Part shown: positions 1-13,860 of the stretch, one piece after another | Position numbering within the stretch: position 1 is the stretch's first letter | How the letters are laid out: the number at the start of each line of letters is the position of its first letter | Translations under genes and position numbers: made by a program | DNA from: Octopus sinensis | Taxonomy: Eukaryota | Assembly (NCBI RefSeq): GCF_006345805.1 | Contig: NC_043009.1 | Location: 55,676,001 to 55,740,000, forward strand | DNA length: 64,000 nt | Direction: 5' to 3' | Notes under the pieces: model-generated | The model's database searches: none | What the model was told of the DNA's origin: nothing | What the model saw: only the letters and a program-made list of their open reading frames with translations

Positions 1-1035
1 TTGACCCCAGTATCTATTTTGTTTTTAAAGCTTGGTACTTAAAATTATTGGTCTCTTTTGCCCAAATGCTAAGTTATAGTGACAAACAAACCAACACTGG
101 TTGTCAAGTAGTGGTGACAGACAAACACACACACAAACACACACAGGTACATACATACATACATTGACATACATACATAGACATACATTGACATACATAC
201 ACTTATGACAAGCTTTTTCAGTTTCCTTTCACCATATCTACTCACAAGGCTTTAGTTTGCCTAAGAAAAAAAATGACAACATTTTTCGATAGTCACCAAC
301 TGCTATATAAACCTGCATTCCTACTCTGCAATAATTTTTTGACAGAATTTAGAGACCAAGAAACAAAAAATGCTACAGACTTGGTGTTTTGATTAAAAGT
401 GGCCTGACTATGATAAATAACAAGTCTGTGTACTTCACTTACAATAGCAGCCATAGTAGTTCTTTTTTAAGTTATTGATTGCCATTATATATTTCCATGA
501 GTGTCAGAACTGGGCATTAATTAATAGTATTATTCATGCAGAGATGCAAGGAACCTTTCATGTAAAATAAGCAGAGTGACATATAACACAAGATAAGTAT
601 TAGTTATTAGTAGGCACAGACATTTCTCTGAGTGGAATTAAACATGAGGAATCAGGATATAATTAATGGCTAATCTAGTAACCTAGAATACAGGGAGATT
701 TTGTGCAAAATTTTCATTTATCATTATCATAGCCTTATAGTCCTTAGCTGGCAAATTTAGTTAATACAACTGATTCAAAAGTAAAATTTTTGTAACGTTT
801 TCTATAGCTGGATGCCCTTCTTAACACCAATCATTTTACAGTATACTAGAGGCATTTTTTTTGGTGACACCAGCACTATAGAGGCTGTCTTGATGCAGTG
901 AGTCTAACATCTGTTGTGAAATTGATTGGTAATATTGGCTGCAATGGATCTATAATACTAAATATTTTGATTAATATACTCATGCTATTGACAAACATAC
1001 ATGCCTATATTTTGACTCACAGATTCTTAGGTGAC

Positions 1036-1069
<34 letters not shown>

Positions 1070-1228
1070 CACACACACACACATGCATGCACACACACGT
1101 ATGTACATACATACAGTAGTTTGCATCAGTACAGTACACATTTTCAGGTATTTCAGTCTCAATGTTTAGATCAACATTCGAATCCTATACCTGTATTGTA
1201 TGGTCACTATATTTTCCATGCAGGAGTA

Positions 1229-1614
1229 CTCTCTTTACTTGTTTCAGTCATTTGACTGTGGCCATGATGGAGCACCGCCTTTAGTCGAGCAAATCGACCT
1301 CTGGACTTATTCTTTGTAAGCCTGGTACTTCTTCTATCGGTCTCTTTTGCTGAACCACTATGTTACGGGGATGTAAACACACCAGCATCGGTTGTCAAGC
1401 AATGTTGGGGGGACAAACAGACAAGCACATACACATATATATACATATATACGACAGGCTTCTTTCAGTTTCCATCTACCAAATCCACTCACAAGGCTTT
1501 GGGCGGCTCGAGGCTATAGTAGAAGTCACTTGCCCAAGGTGCCACACAGTGGGACTGAACCCAGAACCATGTGGTTTGCAAGCAAACTGCTTACCACACA
1601 ACCACCCCTATGCC
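1229..1614 (-). mobile_element. SINE family A copy
   Basis: Reverse complement of the 30593-30974 consensus. Confidence 0.88.
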
Positions 1615-2142
1615 TAGTAGGTGAGATTATCAGAAACACAAGCCCCAAAATTGGTCTTCAGTCTTAGGTTTGCTACCCTACAACTATCACCAATCCTCCC
1701 TTCCACACACATACACACGCATTCGCCTCACTGGCCAGAGAATTGTGTCACACTGACTCATATCCGATCACCAACAGTTGATGTGTCAACCGGTAATACA
1801 AGCATTTATTATATGTAAGAAATCTTGTTTAATGTGTGTATTTAATAGCTAAGGAAAAGTGACAGAGTACACCACCCACAGAAGCCTCTAGCAGTTGTTA
1901 AACCCCTTTTTTTTTTTTTGTATTTATCATTTTTAAAATTCATTATATATATAGGTGTGGCTGTGAGGTAAGAAGCTTGATTCTCAATGACATGGTTCCG
2001 TGTTCAGTCTCACTCTGTGACACCATGGGCAAATGTCTCCTGCCAATCAAACCCATGTGAGTGGATTTGGTAGACAGAAACTGAAAGAAGCCTATTGTGT
2101 GTGTGTGTGTGTGTGTGTGTATACATATATATATATATATAT

Positions 2143-2645
2143 ATCGAATTGAACCAGCCAGGATCCCTGGTCTGGTGGTACGTAAAAAGCACTATCCGAC
2201 TCGTGGCCGTGGCACGTAAAATACTCCAATGCGACCGTACGACAGGCACCCTTGCCAACCCCCTTTGCTTGTGAAGACATGTTGGGGCAAGCGAAATCGA
2301 AATCGAATTGAACCAGCCAGGATCCCTGGTCTGGTGGTACGTAAAAAGCACTATCCGACTCGTGGCCGATGACAGCACCGCCTCGACTGGCTTCCGTGCC
2401 GGTGGCACATAAAATACACCAATCTGACCGTGGCCGTTGCCAGCCCCGCCTGGCCCTGTGCAGGTGGCACGTAAAAAGCACCCACTACACTCACGGAGTG
2501 GTTGGCGTTAGGAAGGGCATCCAGCTGTAGAAACATTGCCAAATTAGACTGGAGCCTGGTGCAGCCTTCTGGCTTCCCAGAACCCCGGTCGAACCGTCCA
2601 ACCCATGCTAGCATGGAGAACGGACGTTAAACGACGATGATGATG
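2143..2645 (+). mobile_element. Retroposon family E with about 60-bp internal modules and (GAT)n tail
   Basis: Repeated GCACGTAAAAAGCAC modules, GTTGGCGTTAGGAAGGGCATCCAGC block and 3' CCCATGCTAGCATGG..GGACGTTAAA(CGAT)n. An exact 67-bp duplication lies at 2143-2209 / 2302-2368. Confidence 0.8.
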
Positions 2646-2954
2646 ATGATGATATATATATATATATACACATACATACATATATATATTTATATATATG
2701 TATGGGTGGGTGCATATATGTGTGTAAGTGTGTGTATCTGTGTGAATGTGTGTGTCTGTAACTTACTATTGATTAACAAATGGTGGTGGTGTGTTTATGT
2801 CCTCGTGACTTAGTAGTTCAGCAAAGAAAGACCAATAGAATGAATATCAGGCTTCAAAATAAGTATTGGGGTTCGATTAAAATTTCTCAATGCAGTGCTC
2901 CAGCATGGCCGCAGTCAAATGACTGAAACAAGTAAAAGAATATATATATATATT

Positions 2955-3352
2955 CTTTTTACTTGCTTCAGTCATTTGACTGCAGCCATGCTGGAGCACT
3001 GCTTTTACTGAAACAAATCAACCCCAGGACTTATTCTTTGTAAGCCTAGTACTTATTCTATCGGTCTCTTTTGTCAAACCACTAAATTACAGGGATGTAA
3101 AGACACTAACACCAGTTCTCAAGTGATGGTGGAGGAGACAAAGACAGACACACAAATGCATACACATATATATACACACACACACACACACAACAGGCTT
3201 CTTTCAGTTTCTGTTTATCAAATCCACTCACAAGGCTTTGGTCAGCCTGAGGCTATAGTAGAAGCCACTTGCACAAGGTGCCACGCTGTGGGACTGAACC
3301 TGGAACCATGTGTTTGGGAAGTAAGCTTCTTACCACACAGCCACTCCTGCAC
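2955..3352 (-). mobile_element. SINE family A copy
   Basis: Reverse complement of the family A consensus. Confidence 0.85.
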
Positions 3353-3418
3353 CTATAACATATATCTCCAATTAATGTTGTTGGTTATAGTTTCCTAACA
3401 GACCAGTGCTTAGTTTAC

Positions 3419-3450
3419 AGTATCATGGTGTGAGTAATAAGTGTTTGTAA
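3419..3450 (-). CDS. Candidate 32-nt exon (LQTLITHTMI)
   Basis: Acceptor attctttctacag, donor ACT|GTAAAC; phase 0 to 2. Confidence 0.15.
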
Positions 3451-4061
3451 CTGTAGAAAGAATTTAATGAGATGATTAGTTGCCACTGTTTGGATGCTGG
3501 CAATTTGGCAACAATATGTTTTGGCACTAGAGACAAACATATACACACAGACGCACACATGCTCAGAAATATGCTCACACACTTAAACAGAGAGAGAGAG
3601 AGAGAGAGAGAGATGTAGACTGACAGAGACAGAGAGAGACAGACAGAGAGATGTTTTTGCAATAGGAGTCATTTAATATATCATAATGCTCCCCTATCTC
3701 TCTCTCTCTCTCTCTCATCTTTCTACTCATAGTACCAACATTCAAATTTACTGTCAGTTTTACTTTGTCAAAGACGTACAGAAATCCATTGAGAAAATGT
3801 TTCTTTTCCATGCTTCAGCACTAACATGCATTAATGCATGCATTAGGGCATATCTATGTACATGCATTAGTGCATGCGCATGAATCTTGTCCTCTTTAAG
3901 AGTCTTTACAATCAGCTACACTCTGATGATCACTTGAAGACTGAAAGACATTGCTACTTGCCATTCATTTTGATAATCTCATAGTTGTAGGGGTGTTGAA
4001 GATATGGAGAAAAAAACATACCCAGCCACTATCAGGAAAGGTAAAAAAAAAGGCATGTATG

Positions 4062-4270
4062 CCCGAGGGTGTGCTGAAAAGTTCCTGGCTTTAAGGATAT
4101 CATGAAAGGCGTGGTTGGAGGTTAACCTTCTGAGTTCTTTTACAGGGTTTAGAAAAAGTGAAGGACTGTTGCAATAAGTGCGTGAATCTGAGAAGGGAAT
4201 ATGTTAATAAAAATCGTAACTGGTCCTCCTGTATTTCTCTAGCCCAAAACGAGGAACTTGTCAGCAATTA
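4062..4270. mobile_element. Degenerate mariner-type MITE
   Basis: Left end CGAGGGTGTGCTGAAAAGTTCCTGGCTT; right end ...GAGGAACTTGTCAGCA is its degenerate inverted counterpart. Confidence 0.65.
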
Positions 4271-4861
4271 CTAAGTAATTCCAGGTCTGTGAATGAAGCT
4301 GAACACCAAAGATTGGAATCATGAAGGAATTCACAAATGAAACATGAGATGGTTGATGAAAATCATTGGATTTGAAGGGTAATCATAAGCTGTCAGTGTG
4401 TGAATATATGTGTATGTGTGTATAATTTTGCATCAAAAGTTTGTTTTCATTAAGGAAGAAGTCATTCCAATCAAGAATAATTAAAGTATATAAACTGAAT
4501 GTATACTGGTGATTGCTTGTTGGCACAAGGCCACCATTTCAATGAGAATTATGTAAACATACACAATAAGCTTCTTTCAGTTTCTTTCTACCAAATTTAC
4601 TTTTATTCTCTCCAACTAATTTGTGATTAATTATTCTGCCAGCTCATTACCTAAAAATAATGATTTCAAATTTTGGCACAAGGCCAATAACTTTGGGAAA
4701 GCAGGTAAGTCAATTACATTGACCTCAGTACTCAACTGGCGTTTATTTTATTTACCCTGAAGGGATGAAAGTAAAGTAGACTTCAGTGAAATTTGAACTT
4801 GGAATGTAATGACAGATGAAATACCAATAAGTATTTTGTTTGGTGTGTTAATAATTCTGCC

Positions 4862-4902
4862 ATCTCACCACCACCGTCGTCGTCGTCGCCGCCGCCGCCG
4901 CA

Positions 4903-4933
<31 letters not shown>

Positions 4934-4985
4934 CGACAACAGCAACAGCAACAGCAACAACAACAACAGCAACAACAACAACAAG
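4862..4985 (+). repeat. Stepwise trinucleotide array CAC-CGT-CGC-CAG-CAA
   Basis: Consecutive blocks of related triplets. Confidence 0.95.
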
Positions 4986-5137
4986 GGAAAGTTTAAGATC
5001 AGACAATTATTGCTGCCCTGCTTTCCCACCACAGTCATTTTCTTTTTACTTTTTTTTTCCGAGAGATTGAACGGGAATCAACTTGCTTAAAACGGTTGAT
5101 ATTTCTTCTCCTTAGAATCTACAAAAATATTCCTTAC

Positions 5138-5188
5138 CTTTCTATTTTTTTTTTTTTTACATTCCTCAATACAAAAGAGGTGTTTATT
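5138..5188 (-). CDS. Candidate 51-nt exon (NKHLFCIEECKKKKNRK)
   Basis: Acceptor ttcatttccatttacag, donor AAG|GTAAGG; phase 0 to 0. Contains an A14 run whose length may be an assembly error. Confidence 0.18.
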
Positions 5189-5482
5189 CTGTAAATGGAA
5201 ATGAACTTCCATTGAATAAGTAATTGCCACATTGTAACACTTCTATCAATAGTGGGATAGTATCTGAAACACTTACTGAATAATCAAACTTACTTTATAT
5301 AATTATTTTTTTAATGCTTTGGCATAAAGCCACAAATTTGTTGGGAGGAATTAAAGTGTAATCAATTAAATCAACTCTGGATACCAGCGTAGTATTTATC
5401 TTATCAAACCTGGTAGAACCAGAAATTACAATATAGAGGAACAGGTAAAGCATCCAGTCTTTTTGCAATTCAATAACATTAC

Positions 5483-5546
5483 CAAAACTGAATGTTGTTG
5501 GTTTTCTTTTTGTCTTGAAATTACTCTAGTTTCATGAAAAACTGAC
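5483..5546 (-). CDS. Candidate 64-nt exon (SVFHETRVISRQKENQQHSVL)
   Basis: Acceptor tttcatccttcacag, donor TTG|GTAATG; phase 2 to 0. Confidence 0.2.
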
Positions 5547-5696
5547 CTGTGAAGGATGAAATTTTTTTCAAAATAATGCTAAATTTTGTCAACTGTTCCC
5601 TTGCCTTCAAATTTTTGGCTCTGAAAATCATAATCACCCTCATCATTTAACATCCATATTTCCATGCTTGCATGGCTCAGATAGAAATTGTTGCAG

Positions 5697-5927
5697 CAGG
5701 CAAGCTGGCAGAAACGTTAGCACGCCAGGCGAAAGGCTTAGCAGTATTTCGTCTGCCAATATGTTCTGAGTTCAAATTCCTCCAGGGTTAACTTTGCCTT
5801 TCATCCTTTCAGGGTCGATTAAATAAGTACCAGTTATGCACTGGGGTCAATATAATCGACTTAATCCATTTGTCTGTCCTTATTTGTCCCCTCTGTGTGT
5901 AGCCCCTTGTGGGCAGTAAAGAAATAA
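5697..5927 (+). mobile_element. SINE family B copy
   Basis: Homologous to 55432-55668, with several CpG-to-TpG/CpA changes. Confidence 0.88.
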
Positions 5928-6303
5928 GAAATTGTTGCAGCAGATGTTCTATGGCCAGATGCCATTCATGTTGCTAACCCTCATCTATTTCCAAGCAAGT
6001 TAATATTTTCCCATGGCCAGATAGGTTTTCCATGGAAGACTGGGAATAAACAACAACACTTGTGTGACATAATTGCTTGTTAGTGTGTACCCATGTCAAA
6101 ACATGGGTACACACAAACATATGGGCTTCATTTAGTTTCTGACTACCAAATCCACTCACAAGGCTTTGGTCAGCCTGGAACTATTGAAGAAGACAAAGTG
6201 CCATATAGTGGCACTGACACCAATACCACTTGGTTCAGAAGCAAGCTTCTCAACCAAACAGCCATGGTTGCATCATCATCATCTCGGTTACAAATTATTA
6301 GCG

Positions 6304-6620
6304 AAGGTGCATGGCTTAGTGGTTAAGATATTTGGCTCACAATCGTAAGGTTGCAAGTTCGATTCCCAGTGGCATATTGCGTCCTTCAACAAGATACTTT
6401 ATTTCATGCTGTTCCAGTTCACTTAGCTGGCACAAAAAATGAGTATTTTAAAGGGCCAGCTTTGTCACATTCAGTGTCACACTGAATCTCCCTGAGAAAA
6501 ATGTTAAGGGTACATGTATCTGTGGAGGGCTCAGCCACCTGCACGTTAATTTCATGAGTAGGTTCTTCTGCCAATAACATCAACTGGAACCTTTGTTGTC
6601 ATAAGCAATGGAGTGCCAGT
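6304..6620 (+). mobile_element. SINE family D
   Basis: GGTGCATGGCTTAGTGG...AGTTCGATTCC...GCTGGCA..AATGAG...; homologous to 27815-28147. Confidence 0.8.
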
Positions 6621-7799
6621 TAATAAATTATTATTGCGGACATAGTGTGTTGTGTCAGACTTCCAAAATTTAATTTCATTCCTCAACATTCTTAGTTCAA
6701 ATCCTACTGCAGTCGACTTTGCTTTTCACATTTTCAGTAAAGCACCAATCAAATAATGGGGTTGATTTCATTGACTATTATTATCATAATAATTATTAAT
6801 ATTATTATTGTTATTATTGTAGCATTTATTCCTATATTAAATTCAAAATACAACACAACTGGGTGCTGCTGTTTGGACACTGATGATTTAGCATGGCTGA
6901 CTGGATGTTGAATCTGTTTTGGTGACTGTATATTTTGGCACACTGTGTGCAAAACACACACATGCACAGAAATATACACATACAGAGAGAGTGAGAACGG
7001 AGGAGAGACACACTATGCTTATATACAAAGATAACTAGAGGTTCACACATAAATGGAAAGTGAGAAAAAAAAAAGAGAATGAGAGAAACATTAAAAACAT
7101 CTGATGTCAAATAAGTGAGCATTAATTCAGTAATACCAAATAGGCAGTGCCAAAGGGTCACATACTATTGTAAAGCAAGGGAGGGGTGTGACAAATAGTA
7201 CAATAGATAGTTTATATTCCTTAGAATACTGGATAAATATTAATCAGAGGTCAATGAATCTAGTTAGTATTGGCCTGTGTCAGCAAAGATAATTTGGTAA
7301 TGTTCATAAATTTGGGTTAGTATATTATTATTATATAATGGTGGTGGTGGGTGAGTGAGACAAGAATTTTCAATGTTTTTAAGTCTCTTCATCAAAAAGG
7401 AAAACAGGTTTCAAAAATGTTCTAACAATAATAAGAACACACACATACACCAGAAAGAAAGAGAGAGAGAGATGGGTAGGGGATAGAAAGGGAGGGAGAA
7501 TCAATAACATAACAGAAAACCAACTGACAAAATCTAAATGAAATGGACATGGCTGGAATGTCTGTGCTCATAGAAGTGTTTGATCAGAGCTGACCTGAGT
7601 TTAAACAACAACAGGGAAATCTTTATATGATAATTCAGTTCACTAGAAATAGCAACAAGTTTCCCTCACTCACATGTATTTCAAACAATTAAAAAAACAC
7701 AAAATGAGAGAGAGAACGAAGAATGATAAGATAACGAAGTTCTAGATACACTATCTGCGACAGAAGACTGAATGGTCATAGCTGGAACGCTTAATCAAT

Positions 7800-8156
7800 T
7801 AGAATGGTTGTATACTGTCAATCTAATATGAACGTGACAGTTTAGCCCTAGGAAGCATTGACGCCTCCTGATGGCTTTGACACATTTTTCCTGTGTCCTT
7901 ATATACATTTACGAAGGGGATACAAATACCCTCAGCTGCCCGGGCTGTATCTAGGGACAATCATCCTGAAACACGTGTCCCTAAATGCAGCCCGGGTGGC
8001 TGAGGGTATTTGTCTCCCCTTCGTAAATGTATATAAGGACACAGGAAAAATGTGTCAAAGCCATCAGGAGGTGTCGATGCTTCCTAGGGCTAAACAGTGG
8101 TGGTGTACCCCCCTACTGCCACGTTCGTGTTAGATTGACAGTATACAACCATTCTA
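7800..8156. repeat. Fold-back palindrome (arms about 160-170 bp, 16-nt loop)
   Basis: AGAATGGTTGTATACTGTCAATCTAA ... TTAGATTGACAGTATACAACCATTCT; centre TAGGGACA-atcatcctgaaacacg-TGTCCCTA; about 22-nt insertion in the right arm. Confidence 0.95.
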
Positions 8157-8594
8157 TCGCCCCACCACCGTACATGTCACTACGAGAGATTTAGAAATTT
8201 AGTATTTCTGATTAATCAATTAGGTCTTCTCAAATACCAAGGTGGGGTTTATTTGCCCTAATTTAAACATTAAATTACAATAAACAGAACATTTGTATTA
8301 TAAGCTTTGTTTTCCTGAGAATGGGCTTCTCTGTGCAACCCTGCCCTTTTTTTATTCAATGTGTGTGTGCGTGCATGCATGCGTGTGTGACAGCAGAACG
8401 ATCTAGGATGTTTGGAACAAAAACATTCCAGCTATAAAACCTGCCTTTATATCAGTAGGTTTTCACAAACAGTATTCGTTAGTCTCTTGGTGTAATCCTA
8501 AACCCAAATAGCTGATTAACTTATTGAACAAACACCAAATCAATCACGTTCAGTTTGTGTGCATAGGGTGTGAGCATTTTTGTGTGTTAATAAA

Positions 8595-8997
8595 TAAATG
8601 TATATATATGTATGTATGTATGTATATAATATATGTATATATATGTATGTATATATATATATGTATGTACATATATATATGTATGTTATATATATATATA
8701 TATGTTGTATATATATATATGTATGTATGTATATATATATGTATGTACATATATATATGTATGTATATATATTATATGTATGTATATATATAATATATGT
8801 ATGTATGTATGTATATATATATATATGTATGTATGTATATATATATATGTATGTATATATATAATATATGTATATATAATATATATGTATGTATGTATGT
8901 ATATATATATATATAGTATGTATGTATATATAATATATATATATGTATATATATGTATATATAATATATATATATATTATATATGTATGTATGTGTG

Positions 8998-9042
<45 letters not shown>

Positions 9043-9046
9043 GGTG

Positions 9047-9083
<37 letters not shown>

Positions 9084-9360
9084 TATATATATGTAGGTAT
9101 ATATATATATATATAATATATATATATATGTATGTATGTGTGTATGTATATATATATAATATATATATTATATATATGTATGTATGTGTGTATGTATATA
9201 TATATATATATAGTATATATATATATCTATATATATATGTATGTGTGTATGTATATATATATATTATATATATATATATATATTATATATATGTATGTAT
9301 GTGTGTATGTATATATATATATAGATATATATAATATATATATAATGTATGTATGTGTGT

Positions 9361-9406
<46 letters not shown>

Positions 9407-9430
9407 TATATATATATATATGAGAGAGAG
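8595..9430. repeat. Long degenerate (TA)n/(TATG)n compound microsatellite
   Basis: About 830 bp almost solely of TA/TG dinucleotides; source of spurious YI-rich ORFs. Confidence 0.97.
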
Positions 9431-10908
9431 AAAGAAGAGGTGGAGAGAGACAGAATAAAGAGAGAAAAGCATATACCTCCTACATTCACAATGAATATAA
9501 CGTGACTATTGATTAAGCGAATTCCATTACTACAAGAACCAAAAACCAACAACCACTACAAGCATCACCATCACCTCCACTACCACCATCATCATCATCA
9601 TCATCAACACCTAACCCTACCCAACACTGCCAGCCGGCCAACCATTCCATTTATTTGGATTCCTCTTTGTTTCATTGTAATTCACCTTGGCTGGAATAAT
9701 AATGTACAATCAACAGTTTTTAATGCGTTTTCATGAGAGGTCTGAGTGAAGTTATTTAAGTTAGCCAGCCAGCATTTTCCTGCCCTCTTTCACTCACTCA
9801 CTCACTCTCCTGTCTCTTTCTCTTCCTTTCTCCATTCCTACGTCTGATCAGCCTCATTAAGTCTAATGAGAATCACAGACAGGTTGAAGAGTGAACAACA
9901 TCTCAGAGGTTGATAAGTGGGTAGAGGTCATGTTTATCTCCTGCACAAATGTGAGTACCCTGTCTGGCTATGCCATAACTCTGCACGTTGAAAAAAGATA
10001 GCTAAAACGGTTGGCATCAAGGAAGATGCCCAGCCATAAAACACTGTACAACTCATACCAACTAGAAAAAAGTGAAATGATGATGATGATAATAATGATG
10101 GTGCTGATGATGACGACTTAGATGTGTACTTTGTCCATGGCTAAATCACTGAACTGTATTATATCCATAGTTAAGTCACTTAAAGACTGTACTCTGTCTA
10201 TGGCTAAGTACTTGAGAGCCGTACTCCACCCATGGTCAAGTTAAGTCATTAGATACCAGCTTTTCTGAATTAAACAAATGAGGGTGCCTCTCTATGGTTG
10301 CTCTACATGCTGGAAATTAACCAACCCTGCAACCTGCAGGTATATCTCCCTCAAATCACAACTTACTACCTTAAAATGGAGTCTAGGAGATAGTTATATC
10401 TATAGATATAACTATCCCAATGGAGATGGGATAGTTGTATCAAGAATAATCATTTATCTTTTGTCTACTCAAACAGGGTTCACCTGGAGCTAAAGCACTG
10501 TTATCAAAACAGGCTGAATGTCCAGTCAGCTGTGCCAAATAATCTCACTCCAATCAGAGCCAACCTCTTACACAATGATCAAGGCCAGCACTTCACAAAA
10601 TGGTTGGACAAATAACTAACACAAACAGTCAGGAACAACTCTACACAATAGTTAGTGTCAACAATTTGTATGAAAAGACTGATATGGGAAATTGGGAAAA
10701 AGGTGTCATGTTTTGAGAAACATAAGAAAAGTGTTGAAGAAAAAATTTTAAGGTGAGAATAAGGAGTGTTGTATAATTCTTTTCAGAACAACAGATAAGT
10801 GTGTGTATATATGTATGTATGCATATATGATTTTATATGAGAAAACATCAAAATTTTAAATATGCACTTGTGGGAAAGACTGGAGGACACAGGATATTGT
10901 ACATGTGA

Positions 10909-10970
<62 letters not shown>

Positions 10971-11970
10971 ATATATATATCTCATTTACCATCCATCTTC
11001 CATTTTAGTATGATTTGACAGGAGCTGAAAGCAAGGGAGCTGCACCAGGCTCCATTGTCTGCCCTGGCATGGTTTCTATGGTTGGATGCCCTTCTTAATG
11101 CCAACCACTTTATAGAGTTTTATATGGCACCAGTACCAGTAGGGTTGCCATGTAACTTCCAAGACAAAGAGCTCTTGGCTGAGAGAAGTAGTGTTGCTGA
11201 GGGAGGTGACTTTGTGCCAGTTGAGTGGTTAAAGTATATATACATATGTATGTTAGTTACTAAAACACACATACACAGAATATTCTGCAACAACTTTCAA
11301 CAGGGCAATGTTTAAGTGGTAGACTGGTCTGCTAGAAATACTAGCTAAATATCCCAATAATCAAACTCAATAAGTAAAGGGCACATTATATATCTTCTCA
11401 GACAAGATATCAAAAGAATGAAATAATAGATAAATTAATAAAGGGTGCTCATGGCTGGAAAGCCTTTGATTATTGGTTTCTTTCAGAACTAAACATCAAC
11501 AACCTAAAATGTATCATCAGCTGATCACACAGAAATGAATCTTCTAGTCTTCATATCTTGATTGACCACAGCTAGAAATTGCAGGTGAAAATGAGTGCAA
11601 TAACTCAATTGGGAATTGAAACCATTTAGCAGATCCATCTAGCTGGCAACCTACCACTGATTCTATTATGCATGCAAATATAACACACATACACACATGC
11701 TGAACAGGTTTCTGCTGCTCTGGTGGAAGAAGTGATAAGGGATGTATGTCAATAGAATTGATATAAAAAGTAGGGAAGATCAAAAGGAAAGAATTTACTT
11801 TTATTTGAGTAACTCAATAATGCTTTCCTACGCCAGCATGGAAATCAGACATATGATGATGATGATATATACACACATATATAACATACAATAAGTGTAC
11901 TAAGTACTACTTCTGCTAAGACAGAACTCAATACAATTGTAAACTATTGTGTGGGCATTAGAAGATTCTA

Positions 11971-12030
<60 letters not shown>

Positions 12031-12428
12031 ACACGTGTGTGTAAAGATTCTTAGGTTTGTTAGTAAAAAAAAACATTGTATTGTACAGAAAGGTATTTAC
12101 ATAATGTCAATTTTATATTATATATACGCTAATAAGGATACAAATACAGACATGCAAACAGTCACATGCACACACATCTGTAATTAATAGAGGGAGTGAG
12201 TCATAATTTTTACCATTGATATTTATCATTTCATCATTATAATCTGGGCCTGATGATAATGATGACAATCATGATGCAAACCAAACTCTGAGATAGCCCT
12301 CTCTTGTCATTCAAAAGTTGATGTTTATAGATAGATTTCTATATGTTTGCTAAAACTTTGAGACGTTCATAGATTTCTATATTTTAGCTACATTGAGATA
12401 TTTATAGAGATTTCTATTGTTTTGCTGT

Positions 12429-12670
12429 GGAGGCACATGGCTTAGTTGTTAGGGTGTCAGCACCATGATCGTAAGATTGTGGTTTCGATTCTTAGACCGG
12501 GCGATGCATTGTATTCTTGAGCAAAACACTTCATTTCACGTTACTCCAGTCCACTCAGCTGGCAAAAATGAGTAACGCTGCGATGGACTGGCGTCCCGTC
12601 CAGCTGGGGAACACATAAGCCATAGAAACTGGGAAACCAGGCCCATGAGCCTGGCTAGGCTTTAAAAGGG
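12429..12670 (+). mobile_element. Chimeric SINE (family D head and core + family C tail)
   Basis: D-like sequence up to GGCAAAAATGAGTAA, then CGCTGCGATGGACTGGCGTCCCG...TTTAAAAGGG. Same architecture on the minus strand at 62778-63035. Confidence 0.7.
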
Positions 12671-13774
12671 CTCTATTTTTTTTATTCATTGTTTTACTAA
12701 AACTTTATCTTACCTATGCTCTGTCTAACCTAAAATTTTCTGGATAGTGATGATAATAATAAAAAAGAATAATAATAATAAAAGGGCCTACAATAACAAT
12801 ACTATAACAATTACTTTTATTATTGCCACAAGGGCAAAGATGAAAAATATTACAAAGCACAAAAGGTTACATAAAATGAGGAAATATAAAAACAAGTCCA
12901 AAGAGTTGGTTTCTTTATATTCCTGTGACTTAACAGTTCAGCAAAAAGAAACCAACAGAATAAGTATCAAGAATTAAGAAAATAAGTACTAGGGCCTAGT
13001 TGTTCAACTAAACCCCTCAAGGCAGAACCCCAGCATGGCCACAGTCTAATGACTGAAAGGTATATGTGTGTGTGTGTTTGTTTGCCTCCCCACTCACTGC
13101 TTGACAACTGGTGTTGGTTTGTCTATGTCCCCATAACTTAGTAATTCATAAAAAAAAAGTGACCAATAGAATAAGTAGCAGACTTTACAAAAAAAGTATT
13201 GGGCTTGGTTTGTTCAACTAATCCCTTTAAAGCAGTGCCTTCACCTGGCCACAGTCCAATGAGTCAAGCAAGTAAAAGACAGGTAATAAATAAGTAAATA
13301 AATAAAGAAAGAAACAAACAAACAAACAAACCCAGACTGGACTAAATTAGACTTAATTTAAATAATTTCAAACCAACGCCAGAATTAGTTTTAACTAAAA
13401 ATAATTAAATCTTCGCTAATTATTTAATTTGAGAACAGTTACCTTTGTTTCTTCATATGCAGAACCCTATTTCAATTAACCTGATACTAAATTAATTAAT
13501 TACATAATTAATTAACAGCTATTTTAAACTTATATATAAACTCTGTTTTTGTTTGTGTGATATTTAATACATAAAGTGCTTCATATGTGTGGAATGAACA
13601 AACAACTTAGAAAGCCATTGAATCCAATTATAGACACTTAAAGCGTTGATGTTATCTCATTTTATTTTACTACTTATTTGCTATTTACTGTTTTATCTAC
13701 AATCTTTTCTGTTTAACATTTTAGCTTTAGCAAGCCAAATTTTTAAATGATGTATCATGTTTCCTGTATCATAC

Positions 13775-13860
13775 AGTGACAGGACAAAATTAGGAATCAT
13801 TTTATTTTGTGAAAATTGCATCGTGCCAACATTGGGCACTTCTTTGGTGGTCTTGCAATG
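13775..13860 (-). CDS. Candidate 86-nt exon (HCKTTKEVPNVGTMQFSQNKMIPNFVLS)
   Basis: Acceptor ttcttgtgccgtttatag, donor ACT|GTATGA; phase 0 to 2 open. Confidence 0.22.

Noticed and set aside
4809-5090. 93-aa ORF with poly-R/S/N
   Set aside because: Built from a SINE remnant plus the trinucleotide array; no splice or domain support.
8524-9458. Long ORFs up to 233 aa (YI/YV-rich)
   Set aside because: Translations of (TA)n/(TATG)n microsatellite; open only because the repeats lack stop codons.
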